A DNA stretch of 57,672 nucleotides, the filler included, from Circinaria calcarea (taxonomy: Eukaryota), in NCBI GenBank assembly GCA_051942165.1. It is 4 parts of 4 records of this genome, joined end to end, with 100 filler letters (N's around TTAATTAATTAA, not from the genome) between each part and the next. Parts side by side here need not be neighbours in the genome. Positions count along the whole stretch, not along the records: positions 28,900 to 43,236 come from JAVECS010000440.1; positions 43,337 to 57,672 come from JAVECS010000441.1; 2 more parts are not named here. The stretch is one strand, 5' to 3'. Under the pieces are notes generated by a model that was given only the letters and a program-made list of their open reading frames with translations, ran no database searches and was not told where the DNA came from. Positions within the stretch are counted from its first letter, which is position 1; each line of letters starts with the position of its first letter. Shown here piece by piece: positions 39,141-51,399 of this stretch. The position numbers and the translations under genes were made by a program.

Positions 39141-41306
39141 ATGGCGGAACCCAAGGACGATAGCATCTCTCCTTATGACGCCGGAGCTTACGACCCTTCC
39201 AGAATTCCCAACTTCGACACGCAATACATCAGCCAGGCCGACATTGATGAGTTTGCCAAGGCCTTGAGTGCCCCGGAATCCTCGCCCGTCACGGCGCTGA
39301 ACGACTGGCGGCCCGTACACCAACGCGTACGGCGGAAGCCCTCCAGTCGGAAGGGCGGCAAGAAGAAGCCCGCGAAGAGAAGCAAAGACGAAACGAGGGA
39401 AGGATTTGTATATACCATCGTGAAGTGGCCCCTCCTGCTCGTCGTGTTTGGCTGGTTGCTTGTCCTTGGCGTCTCTTATCTGGCCACAAGGTTATACATC
39501 TACGCCTATGAGCACTTGATCATTTGGAGGGGAAAGCGGGAGAGACTCCGGCAAAATGCGCGGTTGGCAACAAACTATGTGGACTGGATGAAAGCGGCAA
39601 AGGAGCTGGACATCTACCTGGAGAACGAGAGGTGGAAGCAAACGGATGACTACGCCTACTATGATTATAAGACGGTCAGAAAAGTAAAAGACCAGCTGAA
39701 GAGCCGTCGGGAACAGGCCAGCAGTACGGCGAATGGCTCGACTGATGTAGAAGCTTCGCAAGATGCTATCCAGGATTTGAAGGGTTTAGTGGAAGCCTGC
39801 GTGAAAAATAATTTTGTTGGGGTGGAGAATCCTAGAATCTACAGTGAAACCTATTACGGTACCAAATACCTTGCTCAAGATTTCATTGACGAACTTTACA
39901 CCTCGCTCAACTTCCTCCTCCAGTCGCCCCAGCTAAGCAACGATCAGAAGTACTCGCTCTGCAAGCACCTCCATACCAATTTCGGGCGTACGGCACTTTG
40001 TCTTTCCGGCGGAGCATGCTTCTCTTTCTATCACTTTGGTGTCGTCAAAGCTCTTCTAGACGCATGCCTCCTACCGGACGTTATCACAGGCACATCAGGC
40101 GGAGCCGTTGTGGCCGCCCTCGCTGCCACTCATACAAACGAGGAACTCAAAAGACTACTGGTCCCAGCTCTGGCTCACCATATAAGGGTCTGCGCTGACT
40201 CATTCCATGTTTGGATCCGACGCTGGTATCGCACTGGCGCACGGTTCGACTCCCTCAACATGGCCCTCGAATCCAGTTGGTTTTGCCGTGGTAGCACAAC
40301 CTTTTTGGAAGCCTATGAACGCACAGGACGGATTCTCAACGTCAGCTGCGTTCCCTCGGATCCACATTCGCCCACAATCCTGGCAAACTACCTTACCGCA
40401 CCAAACTGTGTAATCTGGTCGGCGGTACTTGCCTCAGCGGCTGTTCCTGGAATTTTAAATCCTGTTGTGCTGATGTCCAAAAACCGAGATGGTTCCCTGT
40501 CTCCGTACTCTTTTGGCTCCAAGTGGAAAGATGGCAGTCTGAGGACAGACATACCTCTTAAAGCTCTCAACTTACATTTTAACGTTAACTTTAGCATTGT
40601 CAGTCAAGTGAACCCGCACATCAATCTTTTCTTTTTCGCCTCCCGAGGTACAGTCGGCCGTCCTGTAACGCATCGCAAGGGCCGCGGCTGGCGTGGTGGT
40701 TTCCTGGGCTCAGCAACTGAACAGTACCTTAAACTCGATCTGAACAAATGGCTCAAAGTACTACGCCACTTGGAACTCCTTCCGAGACCGCTGGGCCAAG
40801 ACTGGTCGGAGATTTGGCTGCAAAGGTTCAGTGGTACTGTCACAATCTGGCCGAAGAGCAAATTCAGCGATTTCTGGTACATCCTGTCCGATCCGACACC
40901 TGAAAGACTGGCGCGAATGCTGCAAGTTGGCCAGCAGAGTACCTTTCCGAAACTGCTGTTCATTGCCAACCGGATTAAGATTGAAAGGTTGGTGGAGCAG
41001 GGACTTCTACTAGGGAGGCGAGGCTCGGCAACGGGCAATGGAGGGGATGCTGATAGTATGCATGTACAAGGGCAGGCGATGAGGGGTTTGGTGGAAGAAG
41101 AGGATACGGATGAAGAGGATGAGAGGCTGATATGGAGCGATGCTGATGGCGATACACATGACAGCCGGAGAAGGTTATCCGTGATGGAAGAGCTAAAGAG
41201 GCAGAGTGGTGTTTTCTTCGATGACCTAGCCGGGGAAGGGGACGGGACGGATGGCAGCGAGGAAGATACGAAAGCAGTAGACGATGGACCAACCGAAGTT
41301 GGGTAG
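39141..41306 (+). CDS. Patatin-like phospholipase / triacylglycerol lipase (Tgl3/4/5 family)
   Basis: Intronless. TM near the N-terminus, oxyanion GRTALCLSGGA, nucleophile GTSGG, ASAAVPG and catalytic WKDGS. Confidence 0.93.
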   Translation: MAEPKDDSISPYDAGAYDPSRIPNFDTQYISQADIDEFAKALSAPESSPVTALNDWRPVHQRVRRKPSSRKGGKKKPAKRSKDETREGFVYTIVKWPLLLVVFGWLLVLGVSYLATRLYIYAYEHLIIWRGKRERLRQNARLATNYVDWMKAAKELDIYLENERWKQTDDYAYYDYKTVRKVKDQLKSRREQASSTANGSTDVEASQDAIQDLKGLVEACVKNNFVGVENPRIYSETYYGTKYLAQDFIDELYTSLNFLLQSPQLSNDQKYSLCKHLHTNFGRTALCLSGGACFSFYHFGVVKALLDACLLPDVITGTSGGAVVAALAATHTNEELKRLLVPALAHHIRVCADSFHVWIRRWYRTGARFDSLNMALESSWFCRGSTTFLEAYERTGRILNVSCVPSDPHSPTILANYLTAPNCVIWSAVLASAAVPGILNPVVLMSKNRDGSLSPYSFGSKWKDGSLRTDIPLKALNLHFNVNFSIVSQVNPHINLFFFASRGTVGRPVTHRKGRGWRGGFLGSATEQYLKLDLNKWLKVLRHLELLPRPLGQDWSEIWLQRFSGTVTIWPKSKFSDFWYILSDPTPERLARMLQVGQQSTFPKLLFIANRIKIERLVEQGLLLGRRGSATGNGGDADSMHVQGQAMRGLVEEEDTDEEDERLIWSDADGDTHDSRRRLSVMEELKRQSGVFFDDLAGEGDGTDGSEEDTKAVDDGPTEVG

Positions 41307-42415
41307 TAGGCTTTGATATTTGGGGTGATGGTAGCAATGGAACAGCGAAGTGAGGTATGTTGATGAGTTGATGTAAAATATGGCTTAAGCAAAGATCGCT
41401 CGTAGCTCGGGGGGTTTCCTCGAAGCTAAATGACTGTGCTCCGTGTCCGAGGCCTATCGTATCCGTGTCGGACGTCAAAGACATCATCTATACCTGATGA
41501 ACATCGGCGAGCTTTACTGACAGACATGCAGTTCCTTCATGAAGCTAACCGTTGAGAGAAGCCTAAATTTCGAACTGGGAAATTCCCTTTGGTTGGAGTT
41601 AGCGACAGGCTTCGTGTAGTCTATCCATTTCAACGCCGGGCCCATCAGGACCCGGAGACAGGACGGGGAAATGGTTGCTGAGATTACGTGCACCTACTCT
41701 ATACTATCCCAGACCTTTCCCACGGAGATACTAAATCATCATACAGTTTACGACCGTGGCGGGTTTCCCATTGCCTCGTTCGGACAGTTGAGCTCTATAA
41801 GAAGCACCGGACACTGCATGCATATTATAGGCGATCTCGTACTGGACCTAGGGATGAGCCACACCGTTGAATTGCTTTGGTAATATTGGTCACGTGTGCG
41901 AAAGACCCTATTTAAGCGAGCCCTTCTATTCACGCCTAGAGTAGACGAATTTCCCAGGGTAGGATCTCCGGCGGTAATGGTAAACTCATCATCGGCCGCC
42001 AGGCAAGAGTGGACGATCAGCCTAAATTGTGCTCCAGTTCGTCGGGATGACGCCCGCTGGAGATAATTTAAGTGTTTCGAGGAAGGGGGACCTCATTGTA
42101 GTTACGTAAACTTCCCTGCGGCTTGATTGTAACCCATTCAGGCGTGGATAAACTCTAGGAGTGCCTGAGAGTAAAGCATTATAGAAGACGTAAAGGAGGA
42201 TTTGCTGTACTGAAATACATCTAGTCCAAATGTTGCCCGATAGAAGCCTTCGATAATGAGATTGAGTACACCACAAGGAGACTCTTTATGCCCTTTCCGT
42301 TTCACCCATCAGATAGGTGGCATCTTACCGGCTCATCAAACCATTCATCAGGAACGCTGACCGCAAGGACCCCCAAAATAACTCCAACAACACCACCGGA
42401 TAGGTCGACAAAACA

Positions 42416-43204
42416 TCATAGCATATCCACGCCTGAATCCCCCCCAGTCCCGCATCCCGCCTTGCCCCCGCTCTTCAATAAACAACTCCTCTTGAAGTAG
42501 GTATTTGGATGAACAATGGTATCCAATTCTGTCGCTCCCCAACTGCCTTCCTCCTTTACTTTTCGAATTTCCCCCCTGTGCACCCACTCAAACACGCGAT
42601 TGCATGCGATATGAAACCGCTTCTTGTCCACATCCTCTTTGACTCCTTTCAAGACATCGCGATCGTGCACCCCTGTAGCTTGGAGAAGGGTGGTAAGGTT
42701 CTCGATGTTAAAATGCCGGTATGGACAACCGTGGCTTTGACCGCTGCCGGGCTGGCTTTCGGTCAAAATCTTCTGGCATGAATAGGGGGAATACCCGCGT
42801 CCTCGACGGGTAGCATCCCCACCAACGTCGCCGTAAGCGTAGCGGATGTTGTAGCGATATTCTTTGTTGAAGGTGTCGTCGGTGATAAGACGGAAGGAAT
42901 GGCGCCAAAAGATAAGGCAATCGTCCAGGGTGAGGCCAATACCTTTGAGGAACAATGTGTATTGCAAACGGCCATGATACTTGAGGTGGCTGTTTTTACG
43001 TAGAGTGCTATGGAGGTTGCGCATGCAGAGGGGGAAATGCTGGGATAGGCTATCAACGGAAGCGGCGTTGATAGATATGCCAGGAAGAGAGGTATCGGAG
43101 TCGGAAAGGGTGGAATCGGGCGTGGAGAAGTTCTTGGAAAGATGGTTGAGGATAGGCATCAAGCGGTCGCCTTCATCGAGGCTGGGGAAGGCGCGGGCTG
43201 TTAG
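42416..43204 (-). CDS. PRI2: DNA primase large subunit, last exon (5' part cut by contig end)
   Basis: HFPLCMRNLH..HLKYHGRLQYTLFLKGIG..YSCQKI..HGCPY..FHIACNRVF..HPNTYF, including the Fe-S cluster cysteines. Acceptor at 43205. Confidence 0.95.
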   Translation of the reverse strand, partial: LTARAFPSLDEGDRLMPILNHLSKNFSTPDSTLSDSDTSLPGISINAASVDSLSQHFPLCMRNLHSTLRKNSHLKYHGRLQYTLFLKGIGLTLDDCLIFWRHSFRLITDDTFNKEYRYNIRYAYGDVGGDATRRGRGYSPYSCQKILTESQPGSGQSHGCPYRHFNIENLTTLLQATGVHDRDVLKGVKEDVDKKRFHIACNRVFEWVHRGEIRKVKEEGSWGATELDTIVHPNTYFKRSCLLKSGGKAGCGTGGDSGVDML

Positions 43205-43236
43205 CTAGTTGGTTATGTTAGCATTGGTTTCAATGA

Positions 43237-43336
43237 NNNNNNNNNNNNNNNNNNNNNNNNNNNNNNNNNNNNNNNNNNNNTTAATTAATTAANNNNNNNN
43301 NNNNNNNNNNNNNNNNNNNNNNNNNNNNNNNNNNNN
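43237..43336. other. Artificial contig linker
   Basis: N44-TTAATTAATTAA-N44. Confidence 0.99.
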
Positions 43337-45381
43337 CTTCCTCCCCCGCCCACCCCGAGCACGCTGTTCCCACTCGTACTCCTACTCTTCATCATCCCAA
43401 TCCGACTTTCACCATTCCCACCGCCGGCACCGAATCCTGGCCCTTTGAGCCCGGAGGCCCTGGATATGCTACCACGAAAGTTGCTGTTATCACTACTGGA
43501 AGTCGCGGTACTGGTAGAGGTCGAAGGTTGAAAGGGAGGCTCGGAAGGTGGAGGCGGAGCTGGGGCGGCGGCCTGGATGGAGAGCATTTCTTCGACCAAG
43601 AGGACGAGATCGCCTCTTTCCAGACGTTCTTTTTCGAGGAGATGTTGGACCTGTTCGTGATCTTTCCGACTTCTTCCGAGATCTCCTTGGAGGTTTGCCA
43701 CTTTCCCTCGCATCTCCTCCTCTGAGCGGCGGAGCTCGGTCACCCGTTGTCTCTCCTCTTCAAGTTCCACTGATGTGACCGTGCCAGGTACGACGCCGGG
43801 CACAATTGCGTCTCGCCTTGCCCTCAACTCCTCGTTTTCTTTCCTAACTTCTTCGACTTTGGCCTGTAGCTCCCTCACCAACTTCTCCCACCGAGCCTCG
43901 TAGCTTTTCTTAAGCGCGACAACTTTGGTCTCGTGCTTGGTTTTGTACAGGCTATGTAGTTCGTTTGCGACTCTCTGAACTGCTGCTTCCACTGCCTTGT
44001 TACTACTAGTACCGGGCGTGCTGGCATCACCACTGGCATCAGAAGCAGCGGTTCCGGCCTCCATACCCGAAAGCTTGCTGGATAGATCCACTGCCCGCAT
44101 CTCGGCTTCTTCCCTCTGCATCTCAGCTTCTTCCTTCCGTTTCTCGGCTTCTTCGGCCTTGACGATGAGTTCTTCCCGCTCCTTTTCCCCACGCAGGGTC
44201 TCCTCTTTCACGCTCCGCAACACAGATTGCATCTCCTTTTCTCTCTTTTGCCATTCCGCCTTGTCTGCCTCTAGCCCTTCTTTAGCATCTCGACAGTCGC
44301 GTGTCTCTTCCGAGGCTTCACCAACGCGACGCTCAGCATCTTGGACCGCAGACTTGAGACTGAGTATCTCGGCTTGCCTGCCATCTAACGTAGCTTGTAG
44401 AGAGGAAATCTGAGACAGAAAAGAGGCTTTGACGGATTCGAGTTCTCGAACAGTTATACTAGGAAGAGATCGAGGGGTAGGCGCCGGGGTGATATCAAAG
44501 TCCAGGAGATTTTTGAGGTGTCGCGGTTCAGATGGCGTGTATGGTGGCTTAGCAGATTTGTCTGGAGATCGTCCTCTTAACCCGGATGTATAGCTTGCCA
44601 AGTCAGGCTGGGTGTGAAACTTCTTTGCTGGTGGACGATCATTCCTAGTTGGCGAACTATTGGGAGGCTGGGCGAACTTGCTGAACTGTTCGGTGAAGTC
44701 AAGGATAAGGTCCGTGGTATTCCCTGAATCTGCAGGTCGTGGGCCACGGGGTGTAGGCGAGGAGGATGCAAGTCCGAAGTCATAGTCGTGGTGCCTGCTC
44801 GTTCCGGGCGTGACCGGTCTACTATGCGCGGGAGTCCTGGCACTGTCGCGCCGCCTCCTTGATTTTCCAGGAGTGGTAGCAGAGGTCATCATAGGTGACT
44901 TACCAATTCGCGCAATAACTGTCATGTCCGTATTTGGTACCTCTGAGAATGTGCTGAAAGAGGTGTCGTCCATGCCTGCGTAGGCCTTAGGTCCTCCAAT
45001 CGCGGACATTGCTTCGTTGCCATTCTCAGAGGAGAGTACGCTGTTTTCACCCGTGTGCCCTGTCACGTCCAGTGGTTTCGATAGGCCATCGTTTTCTCTC
45101 AAGGCGTCCTCTGTCAGTGGAAGACCTTGCCCAACTTCTTTCAGCAATTTGGGCGGCGATAGTGATTTGCTAGGACTTTTACTCTTGACCGGAAAGTACT
45201 CGTCGGGTTCGATGTTAGCTTCAAATGGCGAGCTCAGCGGATCCAGACCTGGACTTCCGTACGCATTTTCTGTATCGTGATCCATGATGGACGTCTTAGA
45301 GTGAAATGTCTTCCGCGCCGTAGATGTGGGAATGTTGAGTTTCTGGTTTGAGGCTGATAAAGGTGTCAACGGAGAAGCCAT
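43337..45381 (-). CDS. Coiled-coil protein with a fungal TACC/Slk19-like motif (3' end truncated)
   Basis: Likely start MASPLTPLSAS at 45381. LLDFDITPAPTPRSLPSITVRELES, long coiled coils, and VANELHSLYKTKHETKVVALKKSYEARWEK. Confidence 0.75.
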
Positions 45382-45847
45382 GGTGATTACGAAAAGTTGC
45401 TCATAGAGGCCCAACTGGTAAGCGTAGACGAAACAGTAGCAGGGCCCTGAAGCAATACACTTTCTTGCTAGAGAAGTTGAATTTTCGCGCGTTTGTAAAC
45501 AAAAGAATGGCGTCTCCGGGATAGAGTGGTCAAAGCGCCCATGCTCCCAAGCACTTCTGAGAACACTGAAAGTATACTTGAGTCCCGGGATTCTACACTG
45601 ATCAGATGGATTAGGGCAAGTAACCTCGAAATTAGCTATCACAACCAATCACTATTGATAACCAGATGGAAAATAAACGAGGTTGGTGAGTAGAAGTCGT
45701 TGCCAATTAAACACACTTAGTACAGGGGTGCTCCGCTCTCACTACATACGAATCAAGTCTTTGTTCTGGATCTCTATGCGTTCAAGGTCTCTGATTATTC
45801 AATAAGCTATGTTCTTGTGTGTGGGGTCTTCCAGTATTTTATTATTT

Positions 45848-45892
45848 CCGGCAGCAACTTTTGCATACCGGCAGCAACTTTTGCATACCGGC
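45848..45892 (+). repeat. Perfect 20-bp tandem duplication (CCGGCAGCAACTTTTGCATA x2.25)
   Basis: Directly visible in the sequence. Confidence 0.9.
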
Positions 45893-46254
45893 CTCAAAAG
45901 AATATGACCAACCATCTAACACTTGGACCGGAGTCTGTCAGGATTCCTATCACTTTTTTTCTATACAAGCTGTCTTCTAAGCCGAGGTTAAAGGACGAGA
46001 GGCGTAATCATTCCTTCCAAATATGCCGATTCTATCTCAGGGAGAAGCATTAGGTTCTAAGGAGCGCAGGTCATGTTAAGCGTTGTATGGCTGCTATGTC
46101 TTGCTTCGTCTCCTTTATCAAACCATTTCAACTGAATCAAATCGGCCATCCCAACCCTCCTGTACTTGTTCTTATTTCCAGTAGGTACTAAATAGAGAAG
46201 AAAATAGATCCTGAGACTAGGCAGCCAACCTATTCCGTATAATACCTTAGCACC

Positions 46255-47700
46255 CTACTTCGACACAACACAGGCCACAGCTTCAGGCTTCTCTTTTTCA
46301 CCATCAAAGATAACTCGCCCGCGCGAGAGTCCGTTAGTAAATTTAAGCCAGTCAGTCCAACTAGGGTCTATCAGCTCGCGTTCTGCTACGATGGCATAAT
46401 GCACGACCGAGGCGGTCTTTTGAGAATATGACCTATCCTGGAGTCGCTCTGGTATCCTTTCAGCTATGGAAGTCGCATCGACCTCGAACTGAATATGATC
46501 TTCTCGAAGTACTGGGACTAACCGGTCGGTTAATATTAGTCTTACTGACTCAATCTCTCCGTTAGGATCCTTCCACACCCATTGGACCGTAATCTTGACG
46601 TCCTCACTAACTGCAAAGTTGTAGAAGTTAAGTTTCATCCTGTTATGGACATTGGACCTTTCCACCGCTGTATACGAACAAGAAGGTCCCCGTGGTTTTG
46701 ACTGTCGCCGGGTCTTGGTAACTATTGCTTGCCAGCAAAGCTCATCACGAATAGATATGGTCCAAAGGCCTCCTACGAATCGTCTTTATCTGTGATTCTG
46801 TAATTGACTGACGAGACCTGCTAGAATAGGAAGCTTGTCTTTCTACTTCGTAAAAAGACGACGAGTATATTTCTCCAAGAAGCGTCCCAACCATCTTTCC
46901 CCCAACTCATAACCAACTGGCAGGACTTGCTGGTGTGAACCATGGAACCAAGACTCCATCCCACTTCTGCTGACGCCTAGAATCTCAAAAGTAAACACTT
47001 CGCGGTTTTCCACCACTGCAATATATTTCGTTCAAATTAGACTGGATTGTGTGCAAAGTATATCAGTCGACACGAGAGGAGCCTTTCTTCAATCGTGAAC
47101 GATGTTCTTTGCAGAGGGCAAGCTTTTAGGACACCGTCAAAGCCTTCGGATTGAACACAGAAGTAGAGTGCTTCTTCGGTATGACCATATTTTAAGCGAC
47201 AGGGAAGCTTAATATGACTTCTGATTGGGTTGGGATGGCGATGGAGGCAGCCTGTATCTCCATCTGGAGCTGAAGTGGCTGCCATCATACAGAACGTGTG
47301 AAGGTATACCTTACCAATGACAGCAAATTCTCGCTGCCAATCCTCTGGGTCATCCTGTGCGATATATAGCGAGTCAATCCATAAGTTGTGAACTCCCAAC
47401 TGTTTGTGATAGTAACCGCATTCTTGAAGGTCTTCGGTAGGTCACTGTGGGTAATGGCGGCTTTGCGTCGCTGCAAAGTATCGAGGCATGTCTCGAGAAG
47501 GTTGCCTCCATTTTGGCCACCATTGAGACCAAGGTCCAAGGCTCGCGTTAGAAGTGATTTGTTCTCACCAAGCGGGTTATCAGATGACCGATGACCGGTA
47601 AATGACAATATTGGTGGCTTCTTATAAATCCGAGATACAGCCTCGAATGAATTGGAAGGTCGAAGCTGCGGCAGGTGGCCGTAACCATATATCTCGGGCA
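46255..47700 (-). pseudogene. Degenerate HET-domain (heterokaryon incompatibility) gene
   Basis: DLPKTFKNAVTIT, frameshift, LWIDSLYIAQDDPEDWQRE..KVY..AATSAPDGDTG..PLQRTSFTIEERLLSCRLIYF*, then EKYTRRLFTK*KDKLPILAGL..GGLW..ELCW with in-frame stops. Boundaries are approximate. Confidence 0.85.
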
Positions 47701-48555
47701 ACCGGGTCTGCTACTAACATGAACATGGTCTTTCTCGGCGATGGATCCAAGCAACCAACTCTCTTCGGTATAAGCACCAAGCACGTTATCAAGAGAATCC
47801 TCCCTGGAATCCGAGGCAGAACAATGACAACCACCAAAAGGTCGGCATATGAACTCCTTAACCTTTCAGGGCGGCCGTGTCGTCTAGCCTTAAGGTACCC
47901 GTGTTGCATTTTCGTTCCTTGGTTTTACTGATGGCGTGAATGAACAGACTGCAAAGCTTTTTCTTTGATGAATTTAGCAGACTATTATAGGCTATATAAT
48001 GCGAATAGCAACAAACGTATAGAGCAATATTTTTAGGAAGAGTCGCATAACCTCATCATATAGGTTGATTTCATCTTCCAAACTCCGTAGAATATTACAG
48101 TCCAATATTCTAGATCGAGGAGAACAGCGGCAAGAAGCTATCGAATGAGCCCATGACAATAAGCAATCCCGACAATACAATTCAGAATACTGCAATGAGC
48201 GAGATTGTAGATTAAAAAGTAGAGAGGTTAGAAAGAGGAGTACGATTACGTTGAACAATTGCAAGTTGAGAGGATGTTGTAATCTGACTGGAACATCACT
48301 ACTCCTATCGCCTTTCATTTCTTCCTGACGCATCCCAACTACTTCTTCTTCTACTTCTTGTCGACGAATGCAAGAGGACTTTTCAGCCTCGCACTGAAGA
48401 ATGGCGTCGCTTTCTGAACAAAGGGGTCAACCCACGTCTAGGGCTGAGAATAGTAGGAGAAAAGAAGCCGGAGTTTCTCCGGCGGGGACAAGAGTATTCT
48501 TAGGAGGGGCATGCGAGTAATATGGTAACTTGCCATTGTAATACAGTGATCCAAG

Positions 48556-50782
48556 ATGGCTTCAGAGAGTAAATCTCCGCGTCTGCGGAAAACGGGTAAT
48601 TTCATTTCAATTTCATACCTTTGCAATCCACTCCACCTTCGCTGACGAACATGTACGGACAGCAATCCTAAGCGTTTCTGATAAGGATGGAATACTCGAC
48701 CTGTGCAAAGGTCTGACCAAGCACAATGTTCGCTTGCTGGCCAGTGGAGTATGATGTCTCGTCTCAATCATACTACAGCATACTAAAACCGTCAGGGCAC
48801 TGCAAAGCTCATACGGGAGGGCGGTTTCCCGGTCGAGTACGTCAATCCAGAGGTGGGAGTGCGTGAGGACGTCGCTCATTTGAGATCAGGGATATCTCGG
48901 CCATCACAAAGGCACCTGAAATGCTATCGGGCCGCGTCAAAACCCTACATCCCGCTGTTCATGCCGGTATACTGGCCCGAAATCTGGAGTCGGACGAGCA
49001 AGAGTTAGCAGAACAGGGTCTTCAGTACATCGACTATGTCATCTGTAACTTGTTCGTCTCCCTCGACTTTGGGAAGCTGCAACGAGAATGATTAACCGCC
49101 CGCCTAGGTATCCATTCAAGGAGACAATTTCAAAGATCAATCCTACAATGGATGAAGCAATGGAAAACGTCGACATAGGCGGGGTTACGCTCCTTAGGGC
49201 GGCAGCAAAAAATCACAATCGGGTTACGGTGTTGAGCGATCCCCGCGACTATCCGAGCTTTCTAGATGAATTGGAGAGTGGTGGGGTTTCGGAAAAGAGT
49301 CGAAATTCTTACGCGCTCAAAGCATTCGAGCATACCGCCGATTATGACACAGCAATCGCTCAGTTTCTTCGCAGGTCCTACGCGGGAAACGGTGAACAGC
49401 AGATTTCTCTGCGTTACGGGGTAAATCCTCATCAGAAGCCAGCTACAGCGTTCATAGAAGGAACGAAACTACCATTCAAGGTTCTTTCAGGGTCGCCCGG
49501 CTACATCAACGTCCTGGATATCTTAAGTGCCTGGCCACTGGTCAAGGAGTTGAAGCAGGCTCTTGGAATCGCTGCCGCGACCAGCTTCAAGCATGTCTCG
49601 CCCGCTGGTGCTGCCATAGGTCTCCCTCTTACCGATAGCGAGAAAAAAGTTTTTATGGTTGATGATCTCGACGGCCTTGATGAGTCGCCCTTAGCTATGG
49701 CATATGCACGTGCAAGAGGTAGTGATAGACTCTCGAGTTTCGGGGACATTATTGCACTCTCTGATAAAGTAGACGCTGTGACAGCGAGGCTTATAGGGCG
49801 GGAAGTTTCGGATGGCATTTGTGCACCAGGCTTCACCTCTGAAGCTCTTGAGATACTATCGAAGAAAAAGGGTGGCAAGTATCTTATACTTCACATGGAT
49901 GAGGCGTACGAACCCCCGCCAATAGAAACACGCACTGTGTTTGGAGTTACGATGCAGCAAGGCCGGAACGATATCAAGATTACTCCCAAAGATACCTTTT
50001 CTACAATCGCTACGCCAAAGAATGCTACCGTTCCCGATCCCGCTCTTCGCGATCTGACCATAGCAACGGTTTGTGTCAAATACCAACAGTCTAATTCTGT
50101 TTGCTTTGCATGTAAGTGGTGATTATTATGATATATGGTCTTAACGATGCCATAGACTTATTATCCCACTATAAGTAAACAAAGCTGACTCGATTGGTAT
50201 TGTAGTCAATGGTCAAGTTATAGGTGCTGGATCAGGCCAGCAAAGTCGTATCCACTGCACTCGATTAGCAGCTTCAAAGTCGGACACGTGGTGGATGAGA
50301 TTCCACGAGCGTACGCTGAACCTCAAGTGGAAGAAAGGCGTAAAACGCCCGGATAAAAGCAATGCCATAGATTTGCTATGCAGTAACGTAGTGCCGGTCA
50401 GTGGGATTGAGCGCGAAGACTTTGAGAAGAACTTTGACGAGGTCCCAACGCCTTTCACTTCCGAGGAGCGGGAAGCGTGGCTTGCAAAGAAAACGGACGT
50501 CGCTGTGAGTAGCGATGCCTTTGTACGTTCCCTGGTATCGAACACTAGCCATTGTCAGTTGCTAACTGTACAATACAGTTTCCATTTACGGATAATGTTT
50601 TTGTTGCGGCACGCTCCGGCGGTTAGTTTGCCATGTTCTGAAAACGAAATGAGCTAACCCCAAATATAGCAAAATATATTGCTGCGCCGTTAGGGTCGCA
50701 AGCAGATCAGGCGGTGATTGCCACCGCGGAGGCACTAGGGATCACATTCATTGAGCAGAGTACCAGGCTTTTCCATCACTGA
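48556..50782 (+). CDS. ADE17: Bifunctional AICAR transformylase/IMP cyclohydrolase (PurH/ATIC), about 7 introns
   Basis: [93 protein letters not shown]. Confidence 0.95.
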
Positions 50783-51399
50783 GGGATTTTCAGGAATGTT
50801 CAGACAGAAAACGGTTGATGCTAGTAATGGGGAGACGGAGCATGAATTATGAATCATGAAGCCAAAAAAAATTTGTTGTTATGGCGACGGCCCTATAGAC
50901 AGATGATAAGTCCAGATGAGCAACGAAAATTCATGTATATAGTTCACAGTCAGAACGGACTAATGCAGACATGGCCTACTCTAGCCGTCAGGAGACTAGA
51001 TGGTCGAACGTGACATACACGAATTTCAGAATCTAGGAAAGATCCTAGATCACCGACCCTTCAACCTTCCATTCTCCTACATTCACGTTTCCAAATTTTG
51101 AATACCCAATTCTCTTATCTTTGCAGACGCCACGCATAGGACGCTTGAAATTTTGACAAGAAAGAAAAGGATAAGACAAAATAGCAATTCCATTGTGTAC
51201 TTTACTTGATGTTGTACATAGCATTGGAGAAGGAACAAACATGCAATGGATATTTGTCAATAAGGCATTGCTAGAATGGGCAAGCAGGGGGATGAGCAAT
51301 GGATATTATATTCTAGTTTCTGAAAGGTAACACTATGTTCAGACCCGGTAGGCTAGCCATGTTAGAAGCCTCCCAGATCTTCCTGCCCCATGCAAAGCA

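Noticed and set aside
40604..41392. 262-aa minus-strand ORF
   Set aside because: Antisense to the patatin lipase, with no recognisable motifs.
14353..43336. Apparent 14.4-kb periodic TTAATTAATTAA repeat
   Set aside because: This reflects length-sorted contig concatenation, not biology.
45382..45648. N-terminal 89 aa of the 787-aa ORF in the track
   Set aside because: It starts at a non-ATG codon and looks like promoter or UTR sequence; the first ATG at 45381 is more plausible.
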